64,000 nucleotides of DNA from an uncultured Actinomycetota bacterium (GCA_963803925.1 CAWDOM010000008.1:85154-149153); one strand, 5' to 3'; positions 16,926 through 27,941 are shown, counted from the first letter of the stretch. A program made the numbers and translations. Notes: generated by a model from the letters alone, not told the origin.

Positions 16926-17193
16926 GGGGACTCCTCCTGGAGTTCGGGTCACTGGACACGGCAACGCACGTGAGATGGAACGATACAGGCATATAAGAGT
17001 GACCGGAGAGGCTTTTGTCAAGAACGATTCACACGATGGTCGCCGGCGCAGCCTTTCTCGGGCGACGTGGCGTCCGCGTCGAGTCGCTGTTCGAAGGTTC
17101 CCACGTGGAGTTCGAAGAGACCGGCCAGCTCGCCGAGGGAGGGCGTGTCCACACTCTGATGAGCAGCTGGGGCGCTCATGCCAGGGGTCAGTC

Positions 17194-18238
17194 TCAGACC
17201 TTCAGGTTGAACATCTTGATGGCGTTCGCGCTCATGATCGCCGCGCGCTCGTCATCGGTGATATCGAGGGTCTTCATGAACTCCACACCGTCGCTCATCC
17301 AGTTGTAGAACACCGGGAACGACGTGCCGAACAAGATGTGGTCGGCTCCCGACACCTCGATCGCGCACTCTACCTGGGCCTTGCCCCACGACGCCGGGTG
17401 CGTGGTATCGAAGAAGACGTTGTTCTGCAGGTACCGGGTGATCCGCTCGCCCTCGTTCATGTCGAGGCGCAGCATGGCCTCCTTCTTGGCACCCTTCTTC
17501 GGCGTGAGCAGCTTCTGGTTGGCGAACCAGTTACCACCGAACATGGTGTGGATGAACCTCAAGTTCGGGAACTCCTCGAACATGCCGCTGAACAGCTCGC
17601 GTCCGACGGCCGTGGCCTGGTCCATGATCCGCCCCAGCTCGCGCCGCAGGTTCGTCCACTCGATGATCGACTGCCACTGCACCGGCAGCGGTGTATGGTG
17701 GACGATGACCGGCACGTTCATGTCGTTGAGCGCCTTCAGGTAGGGTTTGAAGGCGTCGTCGTCGAGGTAGAGCTGGCCGTAGTGGCAGGCGAGCTGCGCG
17801 CCGACGAACCCCAGGTCTTTGATGCACCGTTCGAGCTCGTAGACGTTGTCTTTGCCACCCCACGGCGGAACGCACGCCGTGCCGTAGAGGCGACCGTTCG
17901 ACCGCGCCGCACATGTCGGCTGCCTCGTCGTTGACGGCCCTGCACGCGTCGAGTTTCAGCCACTCCTGCCACACCGGCACCCGGAGGATGCCGATATCGA
18001 CGCCGGCGTCGTCCATTGCCGCGAGTTTGGCCTCGAGCGAATAGTCGCCCTCGACATAGTTGAGGTTCTGGTAGCCCTTGGGTTTCTCAAGAATGAGCTG
18101 TTTCTTTCCCGACTCCACGGTGCTCAGGGAGGCGCACTCGCCGAATTCCCGGGGTACGCAGCTCATGAACCCGTCGAGGGTCTTCTCGTCGCTGAACAGG
18201 TTCTGGGGAAGATGGTGCATGTTGATGTCGATGATCAC
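17194..18238 (-). pseudogene. Amidohydrolase-2 (ACMSD/LigW-like) family gene, frameshifted as assembled
   Basis: The N-terminal part VIIDINMHHLPQNLF...ACRAVNDEAADMC (frame of ORF 17531..18367) continues as AARSNGRLYGTACVPPWGGKDNVYELERCIKDLGFVGAQL...MNVPVIVHH... in the frame of ORF 17194..17721. Total length is 3n+1, i.e. one extra nt near 17902-17912. GTG start behind AAGGAG. Confidence 0.75.
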
Positions 18239-18493
18239 TGGCGACTCCTTTTCCGAGTACGGGTAGTGGAGTGCCCTTACGTCGAACCAAGAGCTTCGCG
18301 GCCGGCGGGCACAGCAACGCACATGCTCAGCTCGACTGCGACCTGCCTGGGCGGTGGGCGCAGTCATAGGTTCGAAGCATCAATCAGTGCCGCTCATTGT
18401 CTCAAGACGGGCGTCGCGATGCAATGAGAAGTCGTATACGAAGTCGTGTCGGCGCGTCGAGCCCATGTTTGGTCGCTCCGTGGGGCGGCGCGC

Positions 18494-18898
18494 CTACCTA
18501 CAGGCTTCCAGCCACCTCATGGCCTCATCGGGCGTGTCGAAGATCTGGACCGTGACGCCCAGCGACGTGTACTTCTCGGCGAGCTTCTCCATACGCATGG
18601 CCGCCAACTCCGCCTTGGGTCGCACCACCGCCCAGTACTTCCAGCCGGCCTTGATCACCAAGGGCTGCCAGACTTCGGTTCCCCACTGCTGGTCTTCGGG
18701 TGTCATCACGGGCATCTTGCGGTCGTCCGACAGCCACTTGTTCGCCCGGTATCTCCGCAGCGCTTCCATGCCGATCATCAGTGCGTCGCGGAAGTCCCTG
18801 CCATGGGTGTACTGGTGCATCTGGTGATGGATGATCTTGGTATCCGGGTGAAACCAGATAGTTATTTGTGAGGTCTCGAAAATGGTAATAGCCGGCAC
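18494..18898 (-). CDS. Hypothetical protein
   Basis: GTG at 18898 is preceded by GGGAGGAG at 6-nt spacing. The 134-aa product VPAITIFETSQITIWFHPD...VTVQIFDTPDEAMRWLEACR has coding-like composition. No confident family. Confidence 0.55.
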   Translation of the reverse strand: MPAITIFETSQITIWFHPDTKIIHHQMHQYTHGRDFRDALMIGMEALRRYRANKWLSDDRKMPVMTPEDQQWGTEVWQPLVIKAGWKYWAVVRPKAELAAMRMEKLAEKYTSLGVTVQIFDTPDEAMRWLEACR

Positions 18899-19082
18899 CG
18901 ACCAACTCCTCCCGAGGCCATGACATCCGTTCGGCATGGGTTGCGCAGCGGCTGCATTCACGCGGAGACGAGCCGCTGCCCCGACCTTTCTGCCACGTCC
19001 AGGATTCTACCACTGCGCGCAGCCGACACTCGGCGCCCTGTGTGGCCTGGTCCGCTCAGCTCGGGGCGGCCGCGCGGAGCCC

Positions 19083-20624
19083 TCACATGAGGACGGTGCC
19101 CAGTTGTCCCACCTCGTCCCAGGCCCTGCGCTCGTCTTCATACGGAGACGGTTCGACGTGGCTGTCTGTGTCGATGATCATGGTCAGCCGCTGGTCGCCG
19201 TAGGGGGGCCAGCCACCCATCGAGGGGCAACTCGGGTCTCCGCTGCGGGCGAACGCCGTCCACGCCTCCTGCATCGATCGGGACAGCCGGTCGGCGATGA
19301 CCCCGCTGCCGCAGAAGAGGTCGTCGTGCGTTCCGAACACGAAGCCCATTTCGAGAGCGTGACAGGCGCCGAAGATGCCGCCCATGACCGGTGAGCGATA
19401 AGTGAACAAGTAGTTGAACGTCCGCGGAGTGTGCCGCGAGTGCGCTTCGACCAATTGAAGCACCGGCATGCGGAACATGACGTCGGTGTTGACCGCGCTG
19501 AGCACCTCAGGCGGACTGGTGCTGTCGCCGCGCCGCGCGCGCGCTTCGTAGTACCGGTCGACGATCGCGGGAACGAGCTCCGGCGGCACGAACGCCGACA
19601 GCCGGCGTACGATCTCCGCCCGGTCGACGGAATCCCTATGCGCGTCGCCGAAGGCGAAGAGCTTCCACTCCTCGAGGTTGCTGCCGATGATCACGGGGAT
19701 GCCTGTCGACGCTCCGTCGGCCGAGAGCTGGGTAGGCATCGCCGCGATCACGCGGCCGTCGACGACCGGCGACACGGCGGTGATGCGCCACTCTTCCCAA
19801 GGGGCGGCCATTCGCCGGCGCATGGCCGATTCAATATCGAGCAGTTGACGAACCGTAAGGCCGCGGATCTTCCCCACGTCATCGGCGGCTAGTCCGGCCA
19901 CATCGAGAAACACTCTGGCGGCAGCGACGGCGTCGGCAAGGGGGGTCGTGGTCGTGCCGGCGCCGCTCTCCAGTATGGCCTTGTCGAAGGCTCCCTGCGC
20001 CGCGGGCATGGCCAGGAGGCAGGCGATACTCATCGCGCCAGCGGATTCGCCGAAAACGGTCACGTTGCCCGGATCGCCCCCGAACACGGCGATATGCTCG
20101 CGGACCCAGCGGAGCGCCGCCACCTGGTCGAGGAGACCCTCGTTGCCGGTCGCGGGGATGGCCCCGGCGGTCAACTCGTTCAGATTGAGAAAGCCCAGCA
20201 GATTCAACCGGTAGTTGAGCGTGACCACCACGACGTCATTGCCGCCGGCGAGCCGGCTGCCATCGGACACGGGGGAGGAGCCGGAACCGAAACTGAACGC
20301 GCCGCCGTGGATCCAGACCATCACCGGGCGCTCCCTGTCATCCAAGCCAGGAGTGTAGATGTTGAGAAAGAGGCAGTCCTCATCCTGGGGCTCAGGCCCC
20401 TCGGGCATCGGAGCGCCCACCAGAGGATTCTGGGGCGCGATCTCCCGAAACCGGTCGGCTCGGTAGACGCCCTGCCAGGGCTCGACGGGCTGTGGCGGCA
20501 GCCATCGTCTCGATCCGACCGGAGGAGCCGCGTAGGGGACGCCCTTGAAGGCGTAGACACCTCGGTCGTACGTGCCCTCCAGCGTGCCGAGCGTCAGGTG
20601 AACCATCGTCTGTCTCTCATTCAC
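19083..20624 (-). CDS. Carboxylesterase/lipase type B family
   Basis: GTLEGTYDRGVYAFKGVPYAAPP..., nucleophile elbow FGESAGAMS, and oxyanion region VWIHGGAFSFGSG. Start uncertain: GTG 20624 behind GGAGGA, or ATG 20606. Confidence 0.85.
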   Translation of the reverse strand: MNERQTMVHLTLGTLEGTYDRGVYAFKGVPYAAPPVGSRRWLPPQPVEPWQGVYRADRFREIAPQNPLVGAPMPEGPEPQDEDCLFLNIYTPGLDDRERPVMVWIHGGAFSFGSGSSPVSDGSRLAGGNDVVVVTLNYRLNLLGFLNLNELTAGAIPATGNEGLLDQVAALRWVREHIAVFGGDPGNVTVFGESAGAMSIACLLAMPAAQGAFDKAILESGAGTTTTPLADAVAAARVFLDVAGLAADDVGKIRGLTVRQLLDIESAMRRRMAAPWEEWRITAVSPVVDGRVIAAMPTQLSADGASTGIPVIIGSNLEEWKLFAFGDAHRDSVDRAEIVRRLSAFVPPELVPAIVDRYYEARARRGDSTSPPEVLSAVNTDVMFRMPVLQLVEAHSRHTPRTFNYLFTYRSPVMGGIFGACHALEMGFVFGTHDDLFCGSGVIADRLSRSMQEAWTAFARSGDPSCPSMGGWPPYGDQRLTMIIDTDSHVEPSPYEDERRAWDEVGQLGTVLM

Positions 20625-20836
20625 CAGCAAATCCTCCACATGTGGCGGGGTGAAGTCCACGGCTCCGGGTCGCTCGCGGCCGGCATAGTGAGCCGCTACG
20701 CCTGGGCGAGAACCAGACGCTAGCACGAATGCGGGGGACCTTCTACCGGTGCGCCGCGTCCGGCGCGCGCCGGCATGCACACGAACGTGAGTGACGCGGG
20801 TTGATGGCCGACGCCGGTTCGTGCTTATATCCCGGC

Positions 20837-22018
20837 ATGTCCGAATCCGGCACCCAGTTCGCCCGTCGCATGCGGCAGCTACGTCCGTCGACCATCCGCG
20901 AGATCCTCAAGGTCACGGCGCAGCCCGAGATCATCTCCTTCGCCGGCGGGCTGCCCGCGCCGGAACTGTTTCCGCTCGACAGCGTCCGCGCCGCTGCCGA
21001 GAGCGCCTTGTCCTGCGGTGGTCGCCAAGCGTTGCAGTACGGGCCGAGCGAAGGCTACATGCCGCTTCGCGAGTGGATCGCGGCCGAGATGGGCCGGCGG
21101 GGGGTTCCTACCCAGGCCGGCGACGTGCTTGTCACCAGCGGCTCGCAGCAGGTGCTCGATCTCGCGGGTAAGTTGTTTCTCGACCCGGGCGACGCCGTCC
21201 TCACTGAGGATCCCACGTATCTGGCGGCCATCCAGGCGTTCCAGACTTTGGAGGCCCACTTCGTGCCGGTGCCGACCGACGAACACGGGCTCATCCCCGA
21301 ATCGCTGCCCTGCCTGATCAGGCGGCACAATCCGAAGCTGCTCTACACAATCCCGAACTTTCAGAATCCCACCGGGATCACACTGAGGGCCGATCGCCGT
21401 CAGGAACTGGTACGCATAGCGGCGGAGTACGGTCTCACGATCCTCGAGGACGATCCGTACGGCAAGCTCCGCTACCGCGGCGTCGACATCCCGCCGGTGA
21501 GGCACTGGGACGACGCCGGCCGGGTGATCTACGCGAGCACCTTCTCGAAGACCATCGCCCCGGGCCTGCGGCTCGGGTGGGTGGTGGCTCCCCCGGAGGT
21601 ATTCTCGCGCCTGCTGATCCTCAAACAGGCCTCGGATCTTCACACCTCGAGCTTCGACCAGCGGGTCGCTCACGCGTACCTTACGCAGTGCGACGACGCC
21701 GCGCACATCGAGACGATCCGCTGTGCATATGGCGAACGGTTCGCCGTCATGGACGCCGCTCTGCGCGCGGAGATGCCGGCCGGCTACTCGTGGACCCATC
21801 CCGAGGGAGGCATGTTCCTTTGGGTCACGGGCCCCGCGGAACTCGACAGCCTGGCGTTGCTCGCCCGCGCCGTAGAGCGTGAAGTGGCGTTCGTGCCGGG
21901 GCGGGATTTCTTCGCGGGTGAGGGGGGAACCAATTTCATGCGACTCAACTTCTCGAACTCCACTCCAGAGCGCATCCGCGAAGGCGTGCGCCGCCTCGGC
22001 CGGCTCTGCCGGGAGTAG
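20837..22018 (+). CDS. PLP-dependent aminotransferase (class I/II fold, 2-aminoadipate/MocR-type catalytic domain)
   Basis: RPSTIREILKV..ISFAGGLPAPELFP, LYTIPNFQNPTG, and the PLP-lysine region YASTFSKTIAPGLRLGW. ATG 20837 lies 6 nt after TTATAT. The track ORF starts at 20801. Confidence 0.85.
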   Translation: MSESGTQFARRMRQLRPSTIREILKVTAQPEIISFAGGLPAPELFPLDSVRAAAESALSCGGRQALQYGPSEGYMPLREWIAAEMGRRGVPTQAGDVLVTSGSQQVLDLAGKLFLDPGDAVLTEDPTYLAAIQAFQTLEAHFVPVPTDEHGLIPESLPCLIRRHNPKLLYTIPNFQNPTGITLRADRRQELVRIAAEYGLTILEDDPYGKLRYRGVDIPPVRHWDDAGRVIYASTFSKTIAPGLRLGWVVAPPEVFSRLLILKQASDLHTSSFDQRVAHAYLTQCDDAAHIETIRCAYGERFAVMDAALRAEMPAGYSWTHPEGGMFLWVTGPAELDSLALLARAVEREVAFVPGRDFFAGEGGTNFMRLNFSNSTPERIREGVRRLGRLCRE

Positions 22019-22071
22019 CGTGAGCCGCGGCCGCCCGCAGGGTGGTCGTGGCGCCTGCCGGCCGGCGCCGG

Positions 22072-23394
22072 TCACGAAACCAGTCGCACCACCGCCTGAT
22101 CGTCAGTGGTGCCGCGTGCGCGGGGGGCGGGTGTGACACTTCGATCGCGGCCGTTCCTCTTGGCCTCGTAGAGGCGCTCGTCGGCGCGACCTACCACCAC
22201 CTCCGCCGAGAAGCCCACACGCGCAAACTCCGGACTCTCAGCGATTCCGCAACTGAAGGTGATCGTCATCTCGTGGCCCTCGAAGTCGAAGGTCATGCCA
22301 CGCACCGCCGACATGATCCGCTCGATCATCGCAGCCGTCTCGTCGGCGCCGGCGTTGCGCGAGACGATGATGAACTCCTCGCCGCCCAAGCGGCCGAGGA
22401 GATCGTACGGCCTGATCAGCGAGCCGAGAGTGGCCGCGAACTCCCTGAGCGCGAAATCGCCCGCCAGATGGCCGTGCGCGTCGTTGAGCGCTTTGAAATG
22501 GTCGAGGTCGATGAGGGAGACGCAGAAGAGATTCCCGGTCCGGGCGTACTCCGCCGCCATCTCGTCCAAACGCTCGAAGACGTGGCGCCTGTTGTACACG
22601 TTGGTGAGCGGGTCGCGTATGGCGAGATCGCGGATCTGGGCCTCGAGGGCCTTTCTCTCGGTGATGTCACGACATACCGCGAAGACGTACTTCTGCCCGC
22701 CGTAGACAGTGCCGTTGGAACTGAGCTCGATCTCGCAGATGGTGCCGTCTTTGCGGCGGTGGGTGGTCTCGAATCGAGCGCCGGTCTCGTCGACGGCCGC
22801 TATCATGCCGAGCAGCGTCTCCTTGTCGAACTGCGTGTCCCAGTCCCAGACGCGAAGATCGTAGATCTCTTCCATGGTGTAGCCGAGCATGCGGGCGAAC
22901 TCTTGGTTCGCTTCGCACACATTGCCTTGCAGGTCCATCACGACGATGCCGTCGCGCGATTGGTCGACCAGGAGCCGCCGCCACGTGGCCTCGTCGCGCG
23001 CCCATTCCTCGGCCTGCTTGCACTCGGAGATGTCTTTGACGTGCTCCACGGCTCCGATCGGGTTGCCCGCGTCGTCCGTCAACGGATACGCGCAGACCTC
23101 GAACCACGCTTCGGGGTCCAAAGCCGACGAACTCCGAAGAACGCGCGAATGGGCCGTGCCCGTCTCGAGGCTCTCGGCGAATCCGCAGTCTGGGCAGTGG
23201 TCTCGCCGGCCATGGAGGGCTACGTAGCACTTCTTGCCCTGCAGAGGCATCTCGTGCGAGTACCGTCGTTCCATCCAGCCGTTGGCGAGCACGATGTTGA
23301 AGTCCAGGTCGAGCACGATCAGCCCATCCTGGATGGCGTCGAACATGGCTTCTAGGATTCGCCCTACACTCTGTCTTGTCACGCGGTCGGTCAC
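22072..23394 (-). CDS. PAS/PAS-GGDEF diguanylate cyclase (paralog of 6678..7991)
   Basis: 440 aa with the same architecture and a collinear sequence. Three-Cys PAS motif KCYVALHGRRDHCPDCG, LTNVYNRRH, and RLGGEEFIIV (GGEEF active site). Confidence 0.9.
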   Translation of the reverse strand: MTDRVTRQSVGRILEAMFDAIQDGLIVLDLDFNIVLANGWMERRYSHEMPLQGKKCYVALHGRRDHCPDCGFAESLETGTAHSRVLRSSSALDPEAWFEVCAYPLTDDAGNPIGAVEHVKDISECKQAEEWARDEATWRRLLVDQSRDGIVVMDLQGNVCEANQEFARMLGYTMEEIYDLRVWDWDTQFDKETLLGMIAAVDETGARFETTHRRKDGTICEIELSSNGTVYGGQKYVFAVCRDITERKALEAQIRDLAIRDPLTNVYNRRHVFERLDEMAAEYARTGNLFCVSLIDLDHFKALNDAHGHLAGDFALREFAATLGSLIRPYDLLGRLGGEEFIIVSRNAGADETAAMIERIMSAVRGMTFDFEGHEMTITFSCGIAESPEFARVGFSAEVVVGRADERLYEAKRNGRDRSVTPAPRARGTTDDQAVVRLVS

Positions 23395-23647
23395 CGGCCG
23401 TCTCCCTCGCTACGTACGGTCGCCCGGTCATACTTGGTATCGACTGGAATCGAGGGAGACTGTAATCCGGCGACTGACCCAGGTCTCCACGGTGCCTGGG
23501 GCGGCCACCCTCTGTTCGTCAGCCGCGCCGGGTAGAATCCAGTCGCCCGCCTCCACGAGCCACGTGCGTAGGTCTTGGATGGTGCGGAGCCGCTAGCTGA
23601 GCATGGTCGAGCCGACGACGCGGACCAACGCCGGATGATCAGCCGAT

Positions 23648-24649
23648 TCATCCATTCGGGTCGTCTGGGTTGATGCTGCCAGAAGGTTGGGCACACATCG
23701 CATGCGACCCTACTTGTTCGCCGAACAGCCGTTTTCCGGCCTGGGCGAACAGAACACCCGCGGCGAGGCAGATGACTACGTCGAGGAGTACGCGCACAGC
23801 CGTATGTACGGGGAGTCGCCCCGTCACGTGCGGAGCGACTTGGCCGAACCAGAGGATTTGCAGGAGAAAGATGTGATATGAAGCTCGTCCGAGGCCGGCC
23901 AGCCACCGGGGGTAGCGTAGCCGGAGACCCAGGATGACCAAGACGGCGGGATAGGCGGACGCGAAGAAGGATTGACTCTGCCACGATTCCACCATGAATG
24001 GCAGCCGGTACCCCAAGCCCATCGCTACGAGATACGGCACCGAAACGAGCAGCAGCACGGGAATCCACCTGCTGGCCCTGTGCCCCGATGCCAGCAGCAT
24101 TCCGAGGCCGACGCAAAACAGCACTCGGGCCAACGAGGCGCTGCGGAGATACGCTTCGTAGTCGAGGTACGGCGCGAGTAGCTCGTGGGTGACGCTGACT
24201 GCCAGGCAGATAGCAATGAACGCGATCGGATTCGCGTCGAGGATTCGTCGAAGCAATGGAAGAACAAGCGCGAACGCGACGGCGAACAAGATGAAGTAGT
24301 TGCCGGGCCCGCTCGCGGGGAGGAGCCCCAGCAGGAGCAGAGGATCCCACGCGAACTCGCCCTTCGAGACCGCGATGGTGGCGGAGGCCAGCCAGATGAA
24401 CGCCAGAGGGATGAGTAGGCGCCGGGCACGACGGGTCAGATACGAGCGCAGCGGTTTGACCCTTGCCAGCACGCCCGTGTAGCCCATCAGCACGAGTAGG
24501 ATGGGGACTCCCTGCCAGATGTGAAAGACGGCAAAAGAGTCGTTCAGGACCTGTTCCGGCACCGCATGATAGAGCAGCACGCAGATGATGGCTATGGCCT
24601 TCAACGCGTCAATCGCGGCAATGCGGCTAGTCGTCTGCTGAACACCCAC
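23648..24649 (-). CDS. Acyltransferase-3 family integral membrane protein
   Basis: RIAAIDALKAIAIICVLLYH... followed by about 10 hydrophobic segments. GTG 24649 is preceded by GGAGGG. The upstream part of the track ORF overlaps the hydrolase gene and is shadow sequence. Confidence 0.8.
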   Translation of the reverse strand: MGVQQTTSRIAAIDALKAIAIICVLLYHAVPEQVLNDSFAVFHIWQGVPILLVLMGYTGVLARVKPLRSYLTRRARRLLIPLAFIWLASATIAVSKGEFAWDPLLLLGLLPASGPGNYFILFAVAFALVLPLLRRILDANPIAFIAICLAVSVTHELLAPYLDYEAYLRSASLARVLFCVGLGMLLASGHRASRWIPVLLLVSVPYLVAMGLGYRLPFMVESWQSQSFFASAYPAVLVILGLRLRYPRWLAGLGRASYHIFLLQILWFGQVAPHVTGRLPVHTAVRVLLDVVICLAAGVLFAQAGKRLFGEQVGSHAMCAQPSGSINPDDPNG

Positions 24650-24678
24650 CCTGTTGTTCCCTCCGCCGGCCCGCGGAC

Positions 24679-25650
24679 CTAGCCGGCATCGGCCAGCCTG
24701 TTCGTACCGTTTACCACGTCCCCCCGCATGATCGCGCAGGTCCGCACCGGCTCCTCGAAGAGAGGGCTGTGCGCGGACTGCGCGAACGTATAGAAGCCCT
24801 TCAACGGCGCGTCGAGCCGCTCGTAGAAGGACCTCGCCTCCGTGTACGAGACTGTGTAGTCGTGGACGCCGTGAAGGAAGTACATGGGGATATCGAGGCG
24901 GGTCACCAGCTTCGTCAGGTCGGTCGCGAGCTGCGCGTTCCACAAGACCTTGCCCGAGAAGAGCTTGCCGCGCCACATGTCGATGCGCTCCTTGACGGTG
25001 TAGTCCGCGCAGCGCAGGGAGGGCAGGAGGAGGCCGGTGACGATCGACCGCATGTCGTGAGTCGTGCCGACACCCAGCCTGTGCATGGCCACATCACGCA
25101 CAGATTGGTACCCACGCGGCAGCGGAATCGAGCCGGTGACCGGCGCCCGCTCGAGCCTGCGCACCATTCTCGTGTCGCCTTGCTGCTTGAAACGCTCGAG
25201 CATGTACTCGTAGGCCAGCATCTCCGACTTGAGCTGGCGCGACATCTGGGCCACGGCGATGTAGGCGTGAAAGAGTTCGGGCGCCCGTGCGGCCGCCTGT
25301 ATGCCGATGAAAGTCCCCCCGGAGTGCCCCATGAGGTAGATCTTCTCCCGATCGTAGCGGTCGCGGAGGTAGGTCGCCAGCTCGATCGTGTCGTGTGTGA
25401 GCTGCTGGAGGTTGAGGGTCTCAGGGGGCATATCGGCGCGGTAGGAGAGTCCGGAGCCTCGCTGTTCCCACCAGACCATGGTGAACTGCTCATCGAGACC
25501 GGTGGGGTAGCGCTTGGTGAGAAAGTAGTCGGGCATGCCCCCGTGGAGGTAGAGCATGACGGGGTTGTCGGCGTCGCGGCTTCTGATGAACATCCCCTGC
25601 CGCACTCCATTGATGTCTACGCGCACCTTCTCCGAGATGCCGCCCGCCAA
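24679..25650 (-). CDS. Alpha/beta-fold hydrolase
   Basis: 323 aa. HGGMPDY oxyanion region, nucleophile elbow LMGHSGGTFIG, and late FLHGVHDY. TTG start behind GAGGAAGGTG. Confidence 0.85.
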   Translation of the reverse strand: MAGGISEKVRVDINGVRQGMFIRSRDADNPVMLYLHGGMPDYFLTKRYPTGLDEQFTMVWWEQRGSGLSYRADMPPETLNLQQLTHDTIELATYLRDRYDREKIYLMGHSGGTFIGIQAAARAPELFHAYIAVAQMSRQLKSEMLAYEYMLERFKQQGDTRMVRRLERAPVTGSIPLPRGYQSVRDVAMHRLGVGTTHDMRSIVTGLLLPSLRCADYTVKERIDMWRGKLFSGKVLWNAQLATDLTKLVTRLDIPMYFLHGVHDYTVSYTEARSFYERLDAPLKGFYTFAQSAHSPLFEEPVRTCAIMRGDVVNGTNRLADAG

Positions 25651-25676
25651 GGATGCACCTTCCTCTCAGAGCCTGG

Positions 25677-26283
25677 TCACATGGTGTGAGTGCCGAACGT
25701 CGTCGGCCCTCTCAGGTATTCAGCAGGGTACCTGAAGCCGAGGTTCACCAGCGCCACCATCTGGCAGCCCAGATCGCGCAACTCCTGCCGGCATCGGGGC
25801 ATCCCGTCCAGACCGTCGTCCATGTTGGGGTATGCAGCCACGTGATTGGCCGGCAGCATGTACTTCGTGTGGGCGTAGTAGGTGAGATCCTTGAGCACCT
25901 GCACGAGTCCGAGCGAACCGGCCGAGGTCACCATGCCGAAGACCTTGTTGGCGAGGCTCCTGCTCGGGCGTGCTCAACGATATGGTTCGGTCGATGATGG
26001 CCTTCGCCTGGGCGGTCAGGCCATGAAAGTAGACCGGCACTCCGAAGACGATGCCGTCGGCCGCCAGCATCTTCTCGAGCAGCAGCGCAGTGTCGTCGTG
26101 TTTGCGGCACCTGCCGGTCTCGAAGCAGCTCCAGCAGCCTTCGCAGGGCTGGATATCTTTGCCGGCGACGCTGTAGAGCTCGACCTCGGCCCCTTGGGCC
26201 TCAGCCGCGCTCAGGGTCTCGCGCAGCATAGCCACGGTGTTGCCCGCGATTCTCGGGCTGCATGAGACGGCAAGGATCATCAT
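25677..26283 (-). pseudogene. Iron-sulfur flavoprotein / NADPH-dependent FMN reductase-like gene, frameshifted as assembled
   Basis: MMILAVSCSPRIAGNT...IQPCEGCWSCFETGRC...PVYFHGLTAQAKAIIDRT (ORF 25720..26283) continues as LANKVFGMVTSAGSLGLVQVLKDL... in the frame of ORF 25677..25934. Total length is 3n+1, with the shift near 25955-25962. Confidence 0.7.
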
Positions 26284-26319
26284 GTCTTCACTCTCCGTTG
26301 CGCGTTGCCGGCCCGGTGA

Positions 26320-26802
26320 TCAGCCGGCGGCCTTCTTGAGCAGCGTGGCGATCGCTCGCTCGACGGCTGGTGTCATTTGCTTCACCGCGAACGAAGTCGG
26401 CCACATGTCGCCCTCGTCAAGGCTCGCCGCGTCGCTGAAGCCGAGGGTCGCGTACCTGGAATCGAACCTCTTCGCGCTCTGAAAGAAGCAGACGACCTTG
26501 CCACCCAGCGCGTACGCGGGCATTCCGTACCAGGTCTTGGGCGACAGGCCGGGAGCGTTCGCCCTGACGATCGCGTGGAGGCGCTCGGCCATGCGCCGGT
26601 CGGGCTCAGGCATCTCGGCGATCTTGGCAAGCACGTCGCTTTCGCCGTCTTTGCGGGGGCGCGGACCCCGGCGTGATTCGGCCTTCAGCTCTTGGGCGCG
26701 CTCTCTCATCGCGGCTCGTTCTTCGGCCGAGAAGCCGGCGGACTTCTCGTCGATCGCCGCGCCTTCCGGGCCGGTGTCTCGTGCTCGCTTCTCCGGACTC
26801 AT
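26320..26802 (-). CDS. DUF1801 (YdhG-like) domain protein
   Basis: 160 aa. A charged N-terminal region, then [36 protein letters not shown], typical of the family. Confidence 0.7.
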   Translation of the reverse strand: MSPEKRARDTGPEGAAIDEKSAGFSAEERAAMRERAQELKAESRRGPRPRKDGESDVLAKIAEMPEPDRRMAERLHAIVRANAPGLSPKTWYGMPAYALGGKVVCFFQSAKRFDSRYATLGFSDAASLDEGDMWPTSFAVKQMTPAVERAIATLLKKAAG

Positions 26803-26824
26803 AGAATGCTCCTTCCCGCAACTC

Positions 26825-27244
26825 CTACAGCGCGCGCATACGGTTGTTGCGAGGATTGTGTTCGAGTTCAGCGAGCTCGAGCGCCTCGAGCAGCGGCGGC
26901 AGGTACATGCCGAAACGGCCGCGCAAACCCTTCTTCAGTCCGTACCAGCCTCCGACCGGGTTCTCCGGAGAACGGCCCCACGCCTCGACAGTCCCCGGAG
27001 CCGCCTCCTTCTGCTCATCCGCCGAGCCGAGCGGAACCCAGTCGCCGCGCTCCTTGAGCCACGCGTGAAGATCGTCGATCGCCCGCAGCCGGTAGCTGAG
27101 CGTGGTCGAGCCGACGACGCAGATGAGCGCGGGAGGATCGGCGGACTCGTCGCGATACATGCGGTACTCCGACGTACCCGGCGGTGTTTTCAGAACCCAT
27201 GGGTCTTCCTTGGTGCCTGATCCCAGGCTTCCCGAGATCGACAT
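26825..27244 (-). CDS. Conserved hypothetical protein
   Basis: 139 aa. [18 protein letters not shown]...[15 protein letters not shown]...[46 protein letters not shown] recognise the pattern as a widespread uncharacterised actinobacterial family. Confidence 0.6.
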   Translation of the reverse strand: MSISGSLGSGTKEDPWVLKTPPGTSEYRMYRDESADPPALICVVGSTTLSYRLRAIDDLHAWLKERGDWVPLGSADEQKEAAPGTVEAWGRSPENPVGGWYGLKKGLRGRFGMYLPPLLEALELAELEHNPRNNRMRAL

Positions 27245-27407
27245 TCCGCCTCCTTAGGGTCGTAGTGACGCAGCGTGAGTCGCGGGCGCTGAGGACGACT
27301 GATAACGCCCACCGGCATTCCCGCCGCCCATCGACCCTCCGTGTTGCTGACGTGATTGCGTTTCGGCCTCGAACAAGCGCCGCTTCTCAGCCTAGCGCTG
27401 TCGTGCG

Positions 27408-27878
27408 TCAGATGGAAGCGCGGGTTAGACCGGCACCGTGAGTATCCTCCACAGACTCTCCGCAGGCCAGACAGACTGTTCTGTGCACTGACACGAGCGC
27501 GCCGCAGTGCGGGCAAGCCCATCGCGCGCGCTCGAGCTCGACGAACGCCTCCGCGCCCACCGCGCGCAGCTCGGCCAAGTTCTCGATCATGCTCATGCGG
27601 TACTTCGAGCGGTAGCGCTTGTCGAGCTGCCGAAGGCGTGCGCAAGGATACTTGGCGCAGTCGCCGCAGAATGTCTGCGGGCCTCGAGCTAGGTGCTCGC
27701 ATCGCCTGATGATGCACGCGGCGCAGTGGTTGGCCTTGGAGGAGTCGCCTGGGTCGTTGCAGCCGGGACAAACCTTGCGCTCTCGCAGGTGGCCGATGCA
27801 GACCCCGCAGTTCATTCCACACGGAGCGATCAGCTTCGCGGCTAGCGACTCGGGATGTGCCGGTGGTGCCTTTCCCAT
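27408..27878 (-). CDS. DUF3795-like Cys-rich protein
   Basis: 156 aa with the spaced Cys pattern CGMNCGVC...CPGC...HCAACIIRRC...FCGDCAKYPC...CPHCG...CLAC. Confidence 0.7.
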   Translation of the reverse strand: MGKAPPAHPESLAAKLIAPCGMNCGVCIGHLRERKVCPGCNDPGDSSKANHCAACIIRRCEHLARGPQTFCGDCAKYPCARLRQLDKRYRSKYRMSMIENLAELRAVGAEAFVELERARWACPHCGALVSVHRTVCLACGESVEDTHGAGLTRASI

Positions 27879-27941
27879 GGGTGTCCTTCCGGTGCAGCGG
27901 CGCTGGTCGGTGCGCTTGTGAGTCGGGGTTGTCCCCGCCTA

